Origin: a virus
Lineage: Duplodnaviria; Caudoviricetes
IMG/VR virus record: IMGVR_UViG_3300022665_000158
Location: 1-59,537 of that record
Length of the DNA: 59,537 bases
Strand: one strand, 5' to 3'
The translations under genes and the position numbers were made by a program. Every line of letters starts with the position of its first letter. The stretch's first letter is position 1. Below the pieces are notes generated by a model. It saw only the letters and a program-made list of their open reading frames with translations. It searched no databases and had not been told where the DNA came from. This document shows positions 47,643 to 56,629 of this stretch, one piece after another.

Positions 47643-47674
47643 TAGCGAGGCCCAAATGACAGCGAAGTGATTTG

Positions 47675-47707
47675 AAGGCGGTCTCTCAGGGAGTGGGACC
47701 GCCTTTT
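47675..47707 (+). terminator. rho-independent terminator
   Basis: AAGGCGGTCTC-loop-GGGACCGCCTT plus T-tract after the capsid gene. Confidence 0.65.
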
Positions 47708-47741
47708 CATTGAGACACGACTCCCACGGAGGGATGCCAAG

Positions 47742-48050
47742 ATGGCAACCAAAGTAGCAAAGACGCGTGAAGCTGTGATGCTGAAGCGAGGGCGCAGGTA
47801 CCGCCACAAGGGCGTGACCTACTTCCGGAATGTTCCGCGGATCGTCGACGACGAAACCTCGGAATACCTCATTGAGGACACCGGGTTTTTCCGACGGGTC
47901 CGGCTGGACTCCAAGGGAAAAGCGATCATGCCGAAGGCGCGAGTTCGCCGGGCGCGGGGTCGACGTTCTCGGATCCACGGGGCCGACGTGCCCGAGCTGG
48001 CGGATTCCGGGGTCGATGCACCCAACACGGAGGGAGCCGAGGGGGTCTAG
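47742..48050 (+). CDS. basic hypothetical virion-module protein
   Basis: GGAGG SD; position after the capsid gene. Confidence 0.6.
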   Translation: MATKVAKTREAVMLKRGRRYRHKGVTYFRNVPRIVDDETSEYLIEDTGFFRRVRLDSKGKAIMPKARVRRARGRRSRIHGADVPELADSGVDAPNTEGAEGV

Positions 48051-48053
48051 CAA

Positions 48054-48779
48054 ATGCCGTTGATCCGGAGCGTGGAGAGTACGCGTGAGCGTCTCGGGTT
48101 CGGTGTCGATGCTGACCGCGATGCGGCTTTCGAGTCTCATCTTGAAACTGCCGTCGAGACGATTTCCGATCGAATACGTAGCGAACTGACACGCGTGGAC
48201 GTGATAGACACGTTTTTCGTGAGGTTCACGCTACGATCGCCGATCGGCACGGGGGGCCGGAAGCGGCCTGCGACGTCCAGAAACACGGGCATCGCGGTTG
48301 CGGGCTCCTCTACGACCACGCTCCTGCTCAGCCGGGGTTTCGTGTCCGATATTGGTTCCGGAATGACGATTTTCGCCGCCGGGACGGAGGACGCGCTGGA
48401 CGACTCGGCGGTACGCTCCGACCTGAAGTCCGTATCCTCCATCGACCACACCCTGATTGAGGCCGAGCGCGGCGTCGTGCGGGTGCAGGACTTCGGGCTG
48501 GACGGCGTCTACGTGCGGGTCAGCTACCGGGCGGGCTTCTTGGACGACGGCGCTACGCCTGCCGTATTCCAGAGCACGCCGGATTGGCTGGTACGGGCGA
48601 ACGACTTGGAGACCCGTATCCTCGTGAATTCGGATGCGGTGTTCGGGCGCGACAAAGTCGAGAAGGATGAGCAAGACCGGCTGGAGATGCGGTTGAACAG
48701 CATCCTCTACAAGCACGCCCGTTACATCCCCACCGCGGAGAAGCCGATCCACAGCGTGGAAACCGCCTCATCCATATAA
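48054..48779 (+). CDS. head-tail connector/adaptor
   Basis: V.V.Y.AGF...PDWL motif of gp6-like adaptors; synteny. Confidence 0.7.
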   Translation: MPLIRSVESTRERLGFGVDADRDAAFESHLETAVETISDRIRSELTRVDVIDTFFVRFTLRSPIGTGGRKRPATSRNTGIAVAGSSTTTLLLSRGFVSDIGSGMTIFAAGTEDALDDSAVRSDLKSVSSIDHTLIEAERGVVRVQDFGLDGVYVRVSYRAGFLDDGATPAVFQSTPDWLVRANDLETRILVNSDAVFGRDKVEKDEQDRLEMRLNSILYKHARYIPTAEKPIHSVETASSI

Positions 48780-48787
48780 GGGGGTCG

Positions 48788-48801
48788 TGCAAGCGCTTGC
48801 A
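48788..48801. repeat. 14-bp palindrome, copy 10
   Basis: Exact match, intergenic, 9 nt before ATG 48811. Confidence 0.95.
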
Positions 48802-48810
48802 CAAGCAGCC

Positions 48811-49467
48811 ATGGCCGAAACCGAATTCAGACTCAATCTTGACGTGGGCGGAAAGCGCTTTGAAAACGCGGCCATTGGGCTGCGATTCCTCGCCTTGCGC
48901 TCCGAGAGCGCGATCCTCAGCTTGACCCCGATTGCCCGCCGCGAAATGATCGATATCCTCGACACGGTGGTCGATGCCATGCGGCAACGCCACAGTTCGC
49001 GCTGGAGGTGGGGAAGACGGCTACCCAAGGGCGCGAGTCAGGGGAGGCTAGCAAAGCGCTCAGGCGCGAGCCTGCGTGCGCTCAAGCCTAAAATAAAGGA
49101 CCGCGCAGAGGAAGTGACCGGAACCATCGTTGTTCCGTTCCCTTTGAGCGTCCATGAAACGGGTGCCACCATCCGCTCGCGGGGCAAATTGCTGGCGATC
49201 CCGCTGCAAGCGGCCCTTGATGGCCGAGGCATCCCCAAGAAACGCGGCCCGCGCGCGTGGCGGAACACTTTCGTAGCCCGGAGCAAGAAGGGCAACCTAC
49301 TGATATTCCAGAAGCAATTTGGAGAGATCATCCCGCTGTACGTCCTCAAGGATCAGGTCAAGATCCCGAAGAGGCTGGGGCTCGGCCTCACAATGAAAAA
49401 AGCCGCCCCGATCTATATCGAACGGTTGTTCGATAAGGCCGTGCGGCAACTCGTGAAGGCGCTGTAG
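48811..49467 (+). CDS. neck/tail-completion protein
   Basis: RSG..L, VHE.GA.I, L.IP, PLY.LK..V.IP.R; synteny. Confidence 0.65.
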   Translation: MAETEFRLNLDVGGKRFENAAIGLRFLALRSESAILSLTPIARREMIDILDTVVDAMRQRHSSRWRWGRRLPKGASQGRLAKRSGASLRALKPKIKDRAEEVTGTIVVPFPLSVHETGATIRSRGKLLAIPLQAALDGRGIPKKRGPRAWRNTFVARSKKGNLLIFQKQFGEIIPLYVLKDQVKIPKRLGLGLTMKKAAPIYIERLFDKAVRQLVKAL

Positions 49468-49469
49468 CC

Positions 49470-49979
49470 ATGGCCCTATTCGTAGCGACGGCAGATTCGA
49501 TCCGGGAGCGGATCCTTGTGGAGCTGAGACGGCTCTACGACACCCAGCTCAAGGGCGTGAACGGCCACCTCTTCGCCTGGGAGACCGTGATCCGGGCGCC
49601 ACTGCTGGAGGGCAACCGGCGGAAGAATTACGAGATGGCGATCATCGACCGTGGCCAGCTGAAGGAAATTCAGATCCAGACGCAGCACGCAACGCTAGAG
49701 GTCGATCTCGAATGGAGTTCCCTGCTAGGGCGGGACGATGAGCCGTCGATCCGGGCGAACGAGATCATCCTCTCGCTGGAACGCCGGTTGAACGAGAACG
49801 TCATGTTGTTCGAGGGCGGAGATGAGCAAACCGATCAGCAACTCGCCCTGCGCGCGTGGAGCATTGGGGACGAGTGGAACGCCGACAATGACAATGATCG
49901 GAGGATCGAAGGCACCATGTTCGTCCGCGTACTGTACAAGCACGCCGTGGCTGACCCGCGGAAGCAGATCGGTCCGTAA
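49470..49979 (+). CDS. tail terminator-like protein
   Basis: S.RERIL start, V.Y.H...DP end; position before the tube gene. Confidence 0.6.
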   Translation: MALFVATADSIRERILVELRRLYDTQLKGVNGHLFAWETVIRAPLLEGNRRKNYEMAIIDRGQLKEIQIQTQHATLEVDLEWSSLLGRDDEPSIRANEIILSLERRLNENVMLFEGGDEQTDQQLALRAWSIGDEWNADNDNDRRIEGTMFVRVLYKHAVADPRKQIGP

Positions 49980-50036
49980 TGGTTAGCGCATTGGGTAGGA
50001 GACGGGCTATTGTCTGAGTATCAGAGGAGGGGGCTC

Positions 50037-50219
50037 ATGCCGCGAAAGAAGCTGAGTGCTGATATCGATGTGGACGTGTCCGAGGATGAGGGCACCGAAG
50101 TGGTCGAGGTAGAGCAGGTGCCGGAAGAGGCGCCCGTAGCATCCCCCGAAGTAAAGCCCGCCCCTAGAGGCGTGGGCGGAGAATACATCACGCGAGACGG
50201 GAAACTGACTCAGTCGTAG
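50037..50219 (+). CDS. small hypothetical protein
   Basis: GAGGAGG SD; GGEY...DGKL tail. Confidence 0.55.
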   Translation: MPRKKLSADIDVDVSEDEGTEVVEVEQVPEEAPVASPEVKPAPRGVGGEYITRDGKLTQS

Positions 50220-50229
50220 GGGGATCGTA

Positions 50230-51831
50230 ATGTCATTGCTGACAAATCTGACGCTCGTGAACGCCAAGCTGGAGGCGGTGTTCCGCACGGACTCCCAGCC
50301 CAATCAGACGCTTCAGAAGACCACCAGCATCGACTCAACGGCCGACGTTGACGCGGCCACTGAACAGATCACCGAGACGGCCCACGGCTACACGACGGGC
50401 ACTGGCCCCGTGCAATTGACGATCCTCACTGGCGCACTGCCCACCGGCCTTCTCGTCCTCACCGACTACTGGGTGGTCCGGGTTGATGACAATGATTTCC
50501 AATTGGCACTCAGCCGCGCGGATGCGATTGCGAGCCCCGCTGTGGTGATCGATTTGACGGTTGCGGTCGGTACGTTCACGATGCAGCTTCAGCAGTCGGA
50601 CGCATTCCTCGTGATCGATCCGGACTACAGCCCGGATATCACGATTTTGGACCGTGACGTTGTGGCCTCTCACCTTTCCGAGGTGGCCGGAGCCACGGGC
50701 CGCAAGCTGGGTGTCATGACCTTTCAGACTGAGGTCCGAAGCAACGGCGGAACCGATGGGGTTCTGGCGCCTGCCACTGGAGTTCTGCTCCGCGGCTGCG
50801 GCATGTCTCAGACCAAGTACGGAGAGACCGGAAACGAAACGGAGACGATCATCGATGATCTCGCGATTCCGGTCAATGACCCGACAGGCGCGTTCACCTA
50901 CACGAAGGGCGTGGGATACGCAGGTACGCGACCCCGCGTGGTCGTGCTTCGCTGTACCACTGGCGGCGGCAGCGGCGTGGCCGCATTCACGGTCTACAGT
51001 CCGCCCGTCGGAAGTCAGGCGGGGGTGTTGACCTCGGCCGTTGTCATGACGGATGCCGGCGCCTTCGTGTTGGCTGAGTCTGCCTCAATTACGCCGACCA
51101 TTACCACGGACTTCGCGATTGGGGACACCTTCGTGATCAACCTCGCCCCGGCTGGCCACTTCTACCTGCCGGTGTCGAGCGATGCCGAGTCGCTCTCTTT
51201 GGAGATGTTTTTCGCCGGTCTGAAGCATTCGATGACGGGCGCTCGCGGCACCTTCACCTCAGAAGGCGAGGCGGGAGCCTTTGGTACATTCAGCTGGACG
51301 TTCACAGGTGACTTCGTGACGCCGATCGATGAGGCGTTGCCTACCGATCAGGTGTTCGAGACGCAGATTCCGCAGCAGGTCGAATTGGCCAATGTCTCGG
51401 CGCTGGGTGGGCAGGACTTCCCGGTCGTCACTTCGCTGACTGATCCGATTCCGACAGAGTTCGCACTCTGCGCGCAGGCGTTCAGCTTCGACATCGGGAA
51501 CGATGTTCAACCGAGAGAGTGCATCAACGGGGCGAATTCGCTGGAGGGGGCCGTGATCACCGATCGGTCGGCTTCGGCGACGTTCAATCCGGAGTCTGAG
51601 CTGGTGGCGGCTCACCCGTTCTGGACGATCTTGGAGAACGCGGATCGGATTTTCTTCGCCTTGAGAGTCGGGATTACGCAGGGCAACGTGGTTCAATTCC
51701 ATGGGCTCTTCGCTCAGTACACGGGGATCTCTTACTCGGACCGGGCCAACATCCGAGCGAACGACATGACGTTGAGACTGGCGGCATCCACGGATGCCGG
51801 TAACGATGAGTTGCGTATCATCTTCTGCTAG
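50230..51831 (+). CDS. major tail tube protein with inserted accessory domains
   Basis: AKLE, LLRGCG, SL......G..H..TGARG.F, ITDR, GNDEL.I tube motifs; 533 aa. Confidence 0.8.
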   Translation: MSLLTNLTLVNAKLEAVFRTDSQPNQTLQKTTSIDSTADVDAATEQITETAHGYTTGTGPVQLTILTGALPTGLLVLTDYWVVRVDDNDFQLALSRADAIASPAVVIDLTVAVGTFTMQLQQSDAFLVIDPDYSPDITILDRDVVASHLSEVAGATGRKLGVMTFQTEVRSNGGTDGVLAPATGVLLRGCGMSQTKYGETGNETETIIDDLAIPVNDPTGAFTYTKGVGYAGTRPRVVVLRCTTGGGSGVAAFTVYSPPVGSQAGVLTSAVVMTDAGAFVLAESASITPTITTDFAIGDTFVINLAPAGHFYLPVSSDAESLSLEMFFAGLKHSMTGARGTFTSEGEAGAFGTFSWTFTGDFVTPIDEALPTDQVFETQIPQQVELANVSALGGQDFPVVTSLTDPIPTEFALCAQAFSFDIGNDVQPRECINGANSLEGAVITDRSASATFNPESELVAAHPFWTILENADRIFFALRVGITQGNVVQFHGLFAQYTGISYSDRANIRANDMTLRLAASTDAGNDELRIIFC

Positions 51832-51864
51832 TCGACAACCCTGCGGGGTGCGCTAACGTAACTA

Positions 51865-51956
51865 CCAGAGCCTAGAGTTCTGGGACCACGCTGCTGTGGC
51901 TGGAATTACTGGGGGGGATTCCACCGCGGCGCGTGGGCAGTATGCGCACTCCCCCC
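51865..51956 (+). promoter_or_regulatory. structured leader upstream of the tail chaperone gene
   Basis: 7-bp hairpin, then a ~20-bp interrupted hairpin 51886-51936 whose G-run loop is complementary to C6 at 51951-51956. Confidence 0.4.
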
Positions 51957-51976
51957 ACCCCGAGGAGACCGCCAAG

Positions 51977-52408
51977 ATGGCGATTCAGACACTCAACCTA
52001 GACGCCGAATGGGATTTCAAGTCGAAGTTCGACCCGGACCGTGACGGCGAGAACGCTACGGTATTCACGCTCGGCACCCTGTCCAACCGGCTGCTGTCCT
52101 ATCTGCAAGACAAGGCTACGACGTTCAAGGGCACGAGCGAGGAGAACGTGGAAGCGAGTATCATGAATGCCTCGCTGGCGATCGAAGTCGTACGCTACGG
52201 ATTGCGCGGCACGAAGAATCTTCAGGATGCCGATGGTAATCCCGTGGAGTTTGAGGTGCAGCGCCAGAACGTGCATGGCATGGACGTCAAAGCCGTGAAG
52301 CCTTCCATCGTCAACGTGATCCCGAAGGCTGTGATCATGGAATTGGCGGAAGAGCTACAGAAGCGGAACGAGCTATCCGAGGCAGAAGCAAAAAACTCCG
52401 AAGGGTAG
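51977..52408 (+). CDS. tail assembly chaperone (gpG-like)
   Basis: Between tube and tape measure genes; ends EAKNSEG over a slippery heptamer. Confidence 0.8.
   Translation: MAIQTLNLDAEWDFKSKFDPDRDGENATVFTLGTLSNRLLSYLQDKATTFKGTSEENVEASIMNASLAIEVVRYGLRGTKNLQDADGNPVEFEVQRQNVHGMDVKAVKPSIVNVIPKAVIMELAEELQKRNELSEAEAKNSEG
52390..52396 (+). other. programmed -1 frameshift site A AAA AAC
   Basis: X XXY YYZ heptamer in frame; the -1 frame is open into ORF 52417..52818. Confidence 0.8.
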
Positions 52409-52416
52409 TTCTTGCG

Positions 52417-52818
52417 ATGCGGCTCCTGCCCGAGCGGGACTGCACTGACTGCCAGGAGACAGACCGCATTCGGTGGGGCTGCGAGGCTGATGCCAGCCCT
52501 CCCATGCCGATCAACTTTGACGGCGAGCGCACGCTCCGCTGCCCGCGGAAGCCCTACCTCGATAACCCAGGTTGGTATAATCGCTTGCTAGAATTCTACG
52601 GATGGAGGGAGAAGGGGTTCCTGCCGAACCCGGGGACGTGGCGCGATCAGGATCAACGGTTCGTTATGATCTGCGCCGTGATAGACAAGGCGAAGTCGGA
52701 CGCCGACGCTGAAGAGGCCAAGGTACGCGACGCCAAGCAGGCGCAGATGGACGCGCACGGGCGACGTGGCGCCGGCGGTGGGGCGAAGAAACACCCCTCC
52801 CGCCACTGGGGTGACTAG
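52417..52818 (+). CDS. gpT-like extension of the tail chaperone
   Basis: -1 frame relative to gpG; C..C...C...CP and G.LP..G...DQ. Confidence 0.7.
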   Translation: MRLLPERDCTDCQETDRIRWGCEADASPPMPINFDGERTLRCPRKPYLDNPGWYNRLLEFYGWREKGFLPNPGTWRDQDQRFVMICAVIDKAKSDADAEEAKVRDAKQAQMDAHGRRGAGGGAKKHPSRHWGD

Positions 52819-52873
52819 AGAAGAAATTTCCCCCAGCTATGCTACGTTGAACGCGTAACTGCCGGAGGGGTCC

Positions 52874-55800
52874 GTGCCGAACCGCGATATCATATTCACG
52901 CTCAAGTTCCGGAATCAGGCCGGCCAAGTCATCCGCAAGTTCGGCGGTCAGCTGAAGAATCTCGGGACGAGGAGCAAGGTTGCCGGAAGGGGTTTGGACA
53001 AGCTCGCCAAGAAGTTCCAGAAGCTGGGCGACGCTACGGTCAAGGCTGGGCGCCGGATCAAATCCGCCGGGGCTGCCATCCGCGAAGCTGGCACGAACAT
53101 CGCCTTCTCCATCGGGGTGCCGATCGCCGCGGCCGTCGCGATATCGGTCAAAGCCTTCGCTGATTTCGACCTTGCACTGGCCGGGGTCCAGAAGACCGTC
53201 CAAGGCACGCCGGAGCAATTGGCTGGGTTGGAGGAGGAGTTCGTTAGACTAAGCAATCAGATCCCCATTGCCTCTACGCAGCTGGCGTCCATCGGTCAGA
53301 CCGCCGGTCAGTTGGGCGTCGCGATCCCGGATATCATCGCCTTCACAGAGACCATCGCTAAGGTCGGCGTCGCCACGAAACTGAGCACTGAGCAAGCAGC
53401 CTTTGGCCTTGCGCGATTGTCGAACATCTTGCAGCTCCCAACGTCATCGGTCAATAATTTGGCCTCATCTCTGATCGCCTTGGGCAATAACTTCGAAGCA
53501 ACTGAAGAAGAAATCCTCTCCTTGTCCCTGAGGCTCGCCGGTGCCGGTAAAATCGTTGGTTTGACCGCGGGCGAAGTCTTGGGCTTCTCGTCCGCCTTGG
53601 CCGCCGTCGGAGTCCGGGCGCGGGCCGGCGGTACAGCGATTTCGAAGGCTTTCATTAAAATCGCGAATGAGGTAGCCAGTGGTGGCGAGAAGGTTCGTCA
53701 ATTCGCCGAGATCGCGGGCGTTAGCGTTGACGAGTTCACCAAGCTATTTCGAGAAGATGCGGCCGGGGCGCTGACGCTTTTCATTAAGGGTTTGGGCAAT
53801 GCCCAGAAAGCTGGCGTCAACGTCTTCAAGGTGTTGGAAGACCTGGAGTTGCAGGAAGTCCGGACTCGGGACGCGCTCCTTCGTTTGTCGTTGGCGGGCG
53901 ATTCGTTGGCGCGGGCCCTAGACCTAGGCAATGTAGCATTCCGTGAGAACACGGCGCTGAACAAGGAAGCCGCGATTTTCTTCGCTGCGCTGTCCAGCCA
54001 GATGGTGATCCTGAGAAACCGTTTCCAGAATGCCGCGGCGACCCTCGGCAAGGCATTCGGTCCGGTGATAGTCGAGATCATAGAAAAGTTGGGAGCCTTC
54101 GCGTTGAAGCTACAGGACTTCGCTAGACGGATGGCAGACCTGCCGATCGCTACGAAGAGATGGATCGTTGTACTACTTGGGGCGTTGATTGCCCTCGGCC
54201 CGTTGCTGATTGGCCTCGGGTCATTCGTTCTTATCATCGGGGCGACGGTGGCGGCGTTCGGCCCCTTCGTGAAGGGTTTGGGCATTTTTATTAAATTCGT
54301 AAGAGCCGCGGCTGTAGCCATGAGAGTGCTTACGGCAGCCATGCTCACGAATCCATTTGTTTTGGCTGCCGTAGCTGTGGCGGCGTTGATTGCGATATTC
54401 CTGAAATTCAAGGATTCGGTGATCGAAGTCGGCGGGAAGATGCAGACGGTGATGGATTTCACTATCGGTCTGTTCGAGGCGCTGAGGCAGAAGATTGGGG
54501 AGGTTCTAGCGGGGCCCTTGGAGTTGTTGCAGAAGGTGTGGACTAAGATCGCGAACGCCGCGATCGTCGCCTTTAATTTTCTCACGCCCATCTTCGCCAA
54601 TGTGTTCAACTTTTTGAAAGACATATCCGTCAAGGCATTTGTTGCCATGGGCGTTGTCGCGAAGGGCACGATTAACGCCATGATCAAAGGCATACAGCTG
54701 GCCGCGCTTGCCTTCCGTACAGCCTTTAAGATAATCACGATCCTGGTTTCAAACGCGTTCGGCATCATCTCGGGCAATATAGACAATATGATCAGCGTGG
54801 TTGTCGATCTCGCGGCACCTTTCATTAGTGTGTTCCAGAATATCGGGGGATTCATAAAGGATCAATTTGAGCTAATTACCGGCACCGTGGGGAAATTCTT
54901 CGGGGTAGTTAAAGACGGCCTAGATGACATGGCTGGGCGCGCGAAAGGGAAGGCGGTTGCCGGTCTTGAAAAGCTACGCGCTGGAATAGTAAAAATGGCA
55001 GAGGCCGCAGACGACACGAAGCTCCTCAAAGGGATACCCGATGCGATACAGGAGGGGGTCGAAGAGGCACAAAAGATTTTGGCAAGCGACCCGTTCGGCG
55101 ATTTCCTTGCCTTGGCCGCCGATATTGGCGGGGCGCGCTTTGCAGCACGGCTGGAGGCGATGATCGAAGAGGAGGCGCCGGTCTCGAAGGGTTTGGAGAA
55201 GGATCTGGCAAAGGCCCTGGACGACTTCGATAGTAAGGTACCCCCGCTCGTAAAGACGTTCAATGAGTTGTTCAATATTGGCCTGGGGAAGGCGTTGGAC
55301 ACGTTCACAAAGCAAGCACAGGATATCGCCCAGTTGACTGAGAACGCGTTTACTAATGCCTTCAAAAATATCGAAGACGGCTTGCTTGATTTTATTGAGA
55401 CCGGGAAGTTCAACTTCCGGGACTTCGTATCGAGCATCCTGAAGGAGTTCAATCGGATCGCGATCAAGAGCATCTTGGGCGATATCGCCCTGAAGCTACA
55501 AGGCAAGGAAACCTCGAAGTCCGGAATACTGGCGCAGCTGGGGAGTATATTAGGAGGGAAGGGGGCGTTCGGTGAAACGGGTGGGCAGGTTGGCCCGGCA
55601 GAAGCCGGCAAGGAAGAGGCCGGAGGTGGGATCATCGGGGCGGTAACCGCCGGCACCACGGCCATTGGAGGATTTTTCTCTAACCTAGGAACAAAGTTCA
55701 CCGACGGCCTTAGTGGCTTGGGGAATCTTTTCATGGACGGGTTGACTGGGTTGGGAAACATATTCTCGTCCATCGGTGGGTTCTTCTCTGGCGGCAGTGG

Positions 55801-56176
55801 GAGCAGCGGCGCAAGCGGCGGTGCAATTGCAGGAATAGGTAAGCTCTTGGTCGGTTTAGCGGCAGAAGGCGGGATATCAGATTCGCTGAGTAACAAGAAG
55901 ATGGTTCCGTTGTCTGCATTCGCCAATGCTAAGCGCTTTGCGCAGGGCGGGGTTACCTCTGGATCTGATCGCATTCCCGCGCTACTGTCCCCGAATGAAG
56001 CGGTAGTCCCGCTGTCCCGGAACCGGGCTATCCCGGTTGAAGGGATGGGCGGAGGGACTACCAACATCACGTTCAACATTGAGACGTCCGACGCCGAGTC
56101 GTTCAAGCAGTCGCGCTCACAGATGCTCGCCCGGGTGGGCGCTGCCACCGCGCTCGCCCAACGGCGTACCACGTAG
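52874..56176 (+). CDS. tape measure protein (TP901-like)
   Basis: 1100 aa, A/G/L-rich helical; GGTA.S, hydrophobic mid-section, FAQGG and IPALLS.NEAVVP C-terminus. Confidence 0.92.
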   Translation: MPNRDIIFTLKFRNQAGQVIRKFGGQLKNLGTRSKVAGRGLDKLAKKFQKLGDATVKAGRRIKSAGAAIREAGTNIAFSIGVPIAAAVAISVKAFADFDLALAGVQKTVQGTPEQLAGLEEEFVRLSNQIPIASTQLASIGQTAGQLGVAIPDIIAFTETIAKVGVATKLSTEQAAFGLARLSNILQLPTSSVNNLASSLIALGNNFEATEEEILSLSLRLAGAGKIVGLTAGEVLGFSSALAAVGVRARAGGTAISKAFIKIANEVASGGEKVRQFAEIAGVSVDEFTKLFREDAAGALTLFIKGLGNAQKAGVNVFKVLEDLELQEVRTRDALLRLSLAGDSLARALDLGNVAFRENTALNKEAAIFFAALSSQMVILRNRFQNAAATLGKAFGPVIVEIIEKLGAFALKLQDFARRMADLPIATKRWIVVLLGALIALGPLLIGLGSFVLIIGATVAAFGPFVKGLGIFIKFVRAAAVAMRVLTAAMLTNPFVLAAVAVAALIAIFLKFKDSVIEVGGKMQTVMDFTIGLFEALRQKIGEVLAGPLELLQKVWTKIANAAIVAFNFLTPIFANVFNFLKDISVKAFVAMGVVAKGTINAMIKGIQLAALAFRTAFKIITILVSNAFGIISGNIDNMISVVVDLAAPFISVFQNIGGFIKDQFELITGTVGKFFGVVKDGLDDMAGRAKGKAVAGLEKLRAGIVKMAEAADDTKLLKGIPDAIQEGVEEAQKILASDPFGDFLALAADIGGARFAARLEAMIEEEAPVSKGLEKDLAKALDDFDSKVPPLVKTFNELFNIGLGKALDTFTKQAQDIAQLTENAFTNAFKNIEDGLLDFIETGKFNFRDFVSSILKEFNRIAIKSILGDIALKLQGKETSKSGILAQLGSILGGKGAFGETGGQVGPAEAGKEEAGGGIIGAVTAGTTAIGGFFSNLGTKFTDGLSGLGNLFMDGLTGLGNIFSSIGGFFSGGSGSSGASGGAIAGIGKLLVGLAAEGGISDSLSNKKMVPLSAFANAKRFAQGGVTSGSDRIPALLSPNEAVVPLSRNRAIPVEGMGGGTTNITFNIETSDAESFKQSRSQMLARVGAATALAQRRTT

Positions 56177-56185
56177 GAGAAACCC

Positions 56186-56629
56186 ATGCAGACCCCGATC
56201 ATGGAACGCCTGTGCAAGCGGCTGCTACCCGGGCCCAATGGCTGCTTGGAATTCCAGGGCTCCCGTAATAGCGACGGGTACGGGCACATTAGAAAAGGCG
56301 GGGATGTGGGTGGGGTGATAGATACCCACCGCGTGGCCTACGAAGCCGCGTTCGGCCCGATCCCCGACGGCCTTCACGTCCTCCATACCTGCGATAACCC
56401 CCCGTGTTGCGAGCCGGGGCACTTGTTCCTGGGAACGCATGGCGATAATATGGCCGATGCGGCGGCCAAGGGGCGGATGCGCGGCCGGGGTCGGGCCAAA
56501 CTGACCGTAGAGCAGGTAATTTCAATCCGGGCCGATGATCGTTTTCAACGCGTGATAGCCGCGGACTACGGCGTTGCGCGTAAGACGATTTCGATGATTA
56601 AGTGCCGGAAAAACTGGAAGGAAATATAA
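56186..56629 (+). CDS. HNH homing endonuclease
   Basis: CLEFQG..GYG, THRVAY, VLHTCDNPPCCEPGHL. Confidence 0.9.
   Translation: MQTPIMERLCKRLLPGPNGCLEFQGSRNSDGYGHIRKGGDVGGVIDTHRVAYEAAFGPIPDGLHVLHTCDNPPCCEPGHLFLGTHGDNMADAAAKGRMRGRGRAKLTVEQVISIRADDRFQRVIAADYGVARKTISMIKCRKNWKEI

Noticed and set aside
46701-48140. Long reverse-strand ORFs (for example 479 aa here, 7392..8699, 54862..56289)
   Set aside because: Antisense shadows of well-supported + strand genes in GC-rich DNA; no motifs
4585-48801. Palindrome copies as a CRISPR array, REP elements or terminators
   Set aside because: Copies are kilobases apart, only 14-20 bp, lack a loop or U-tract and have no regular spacers
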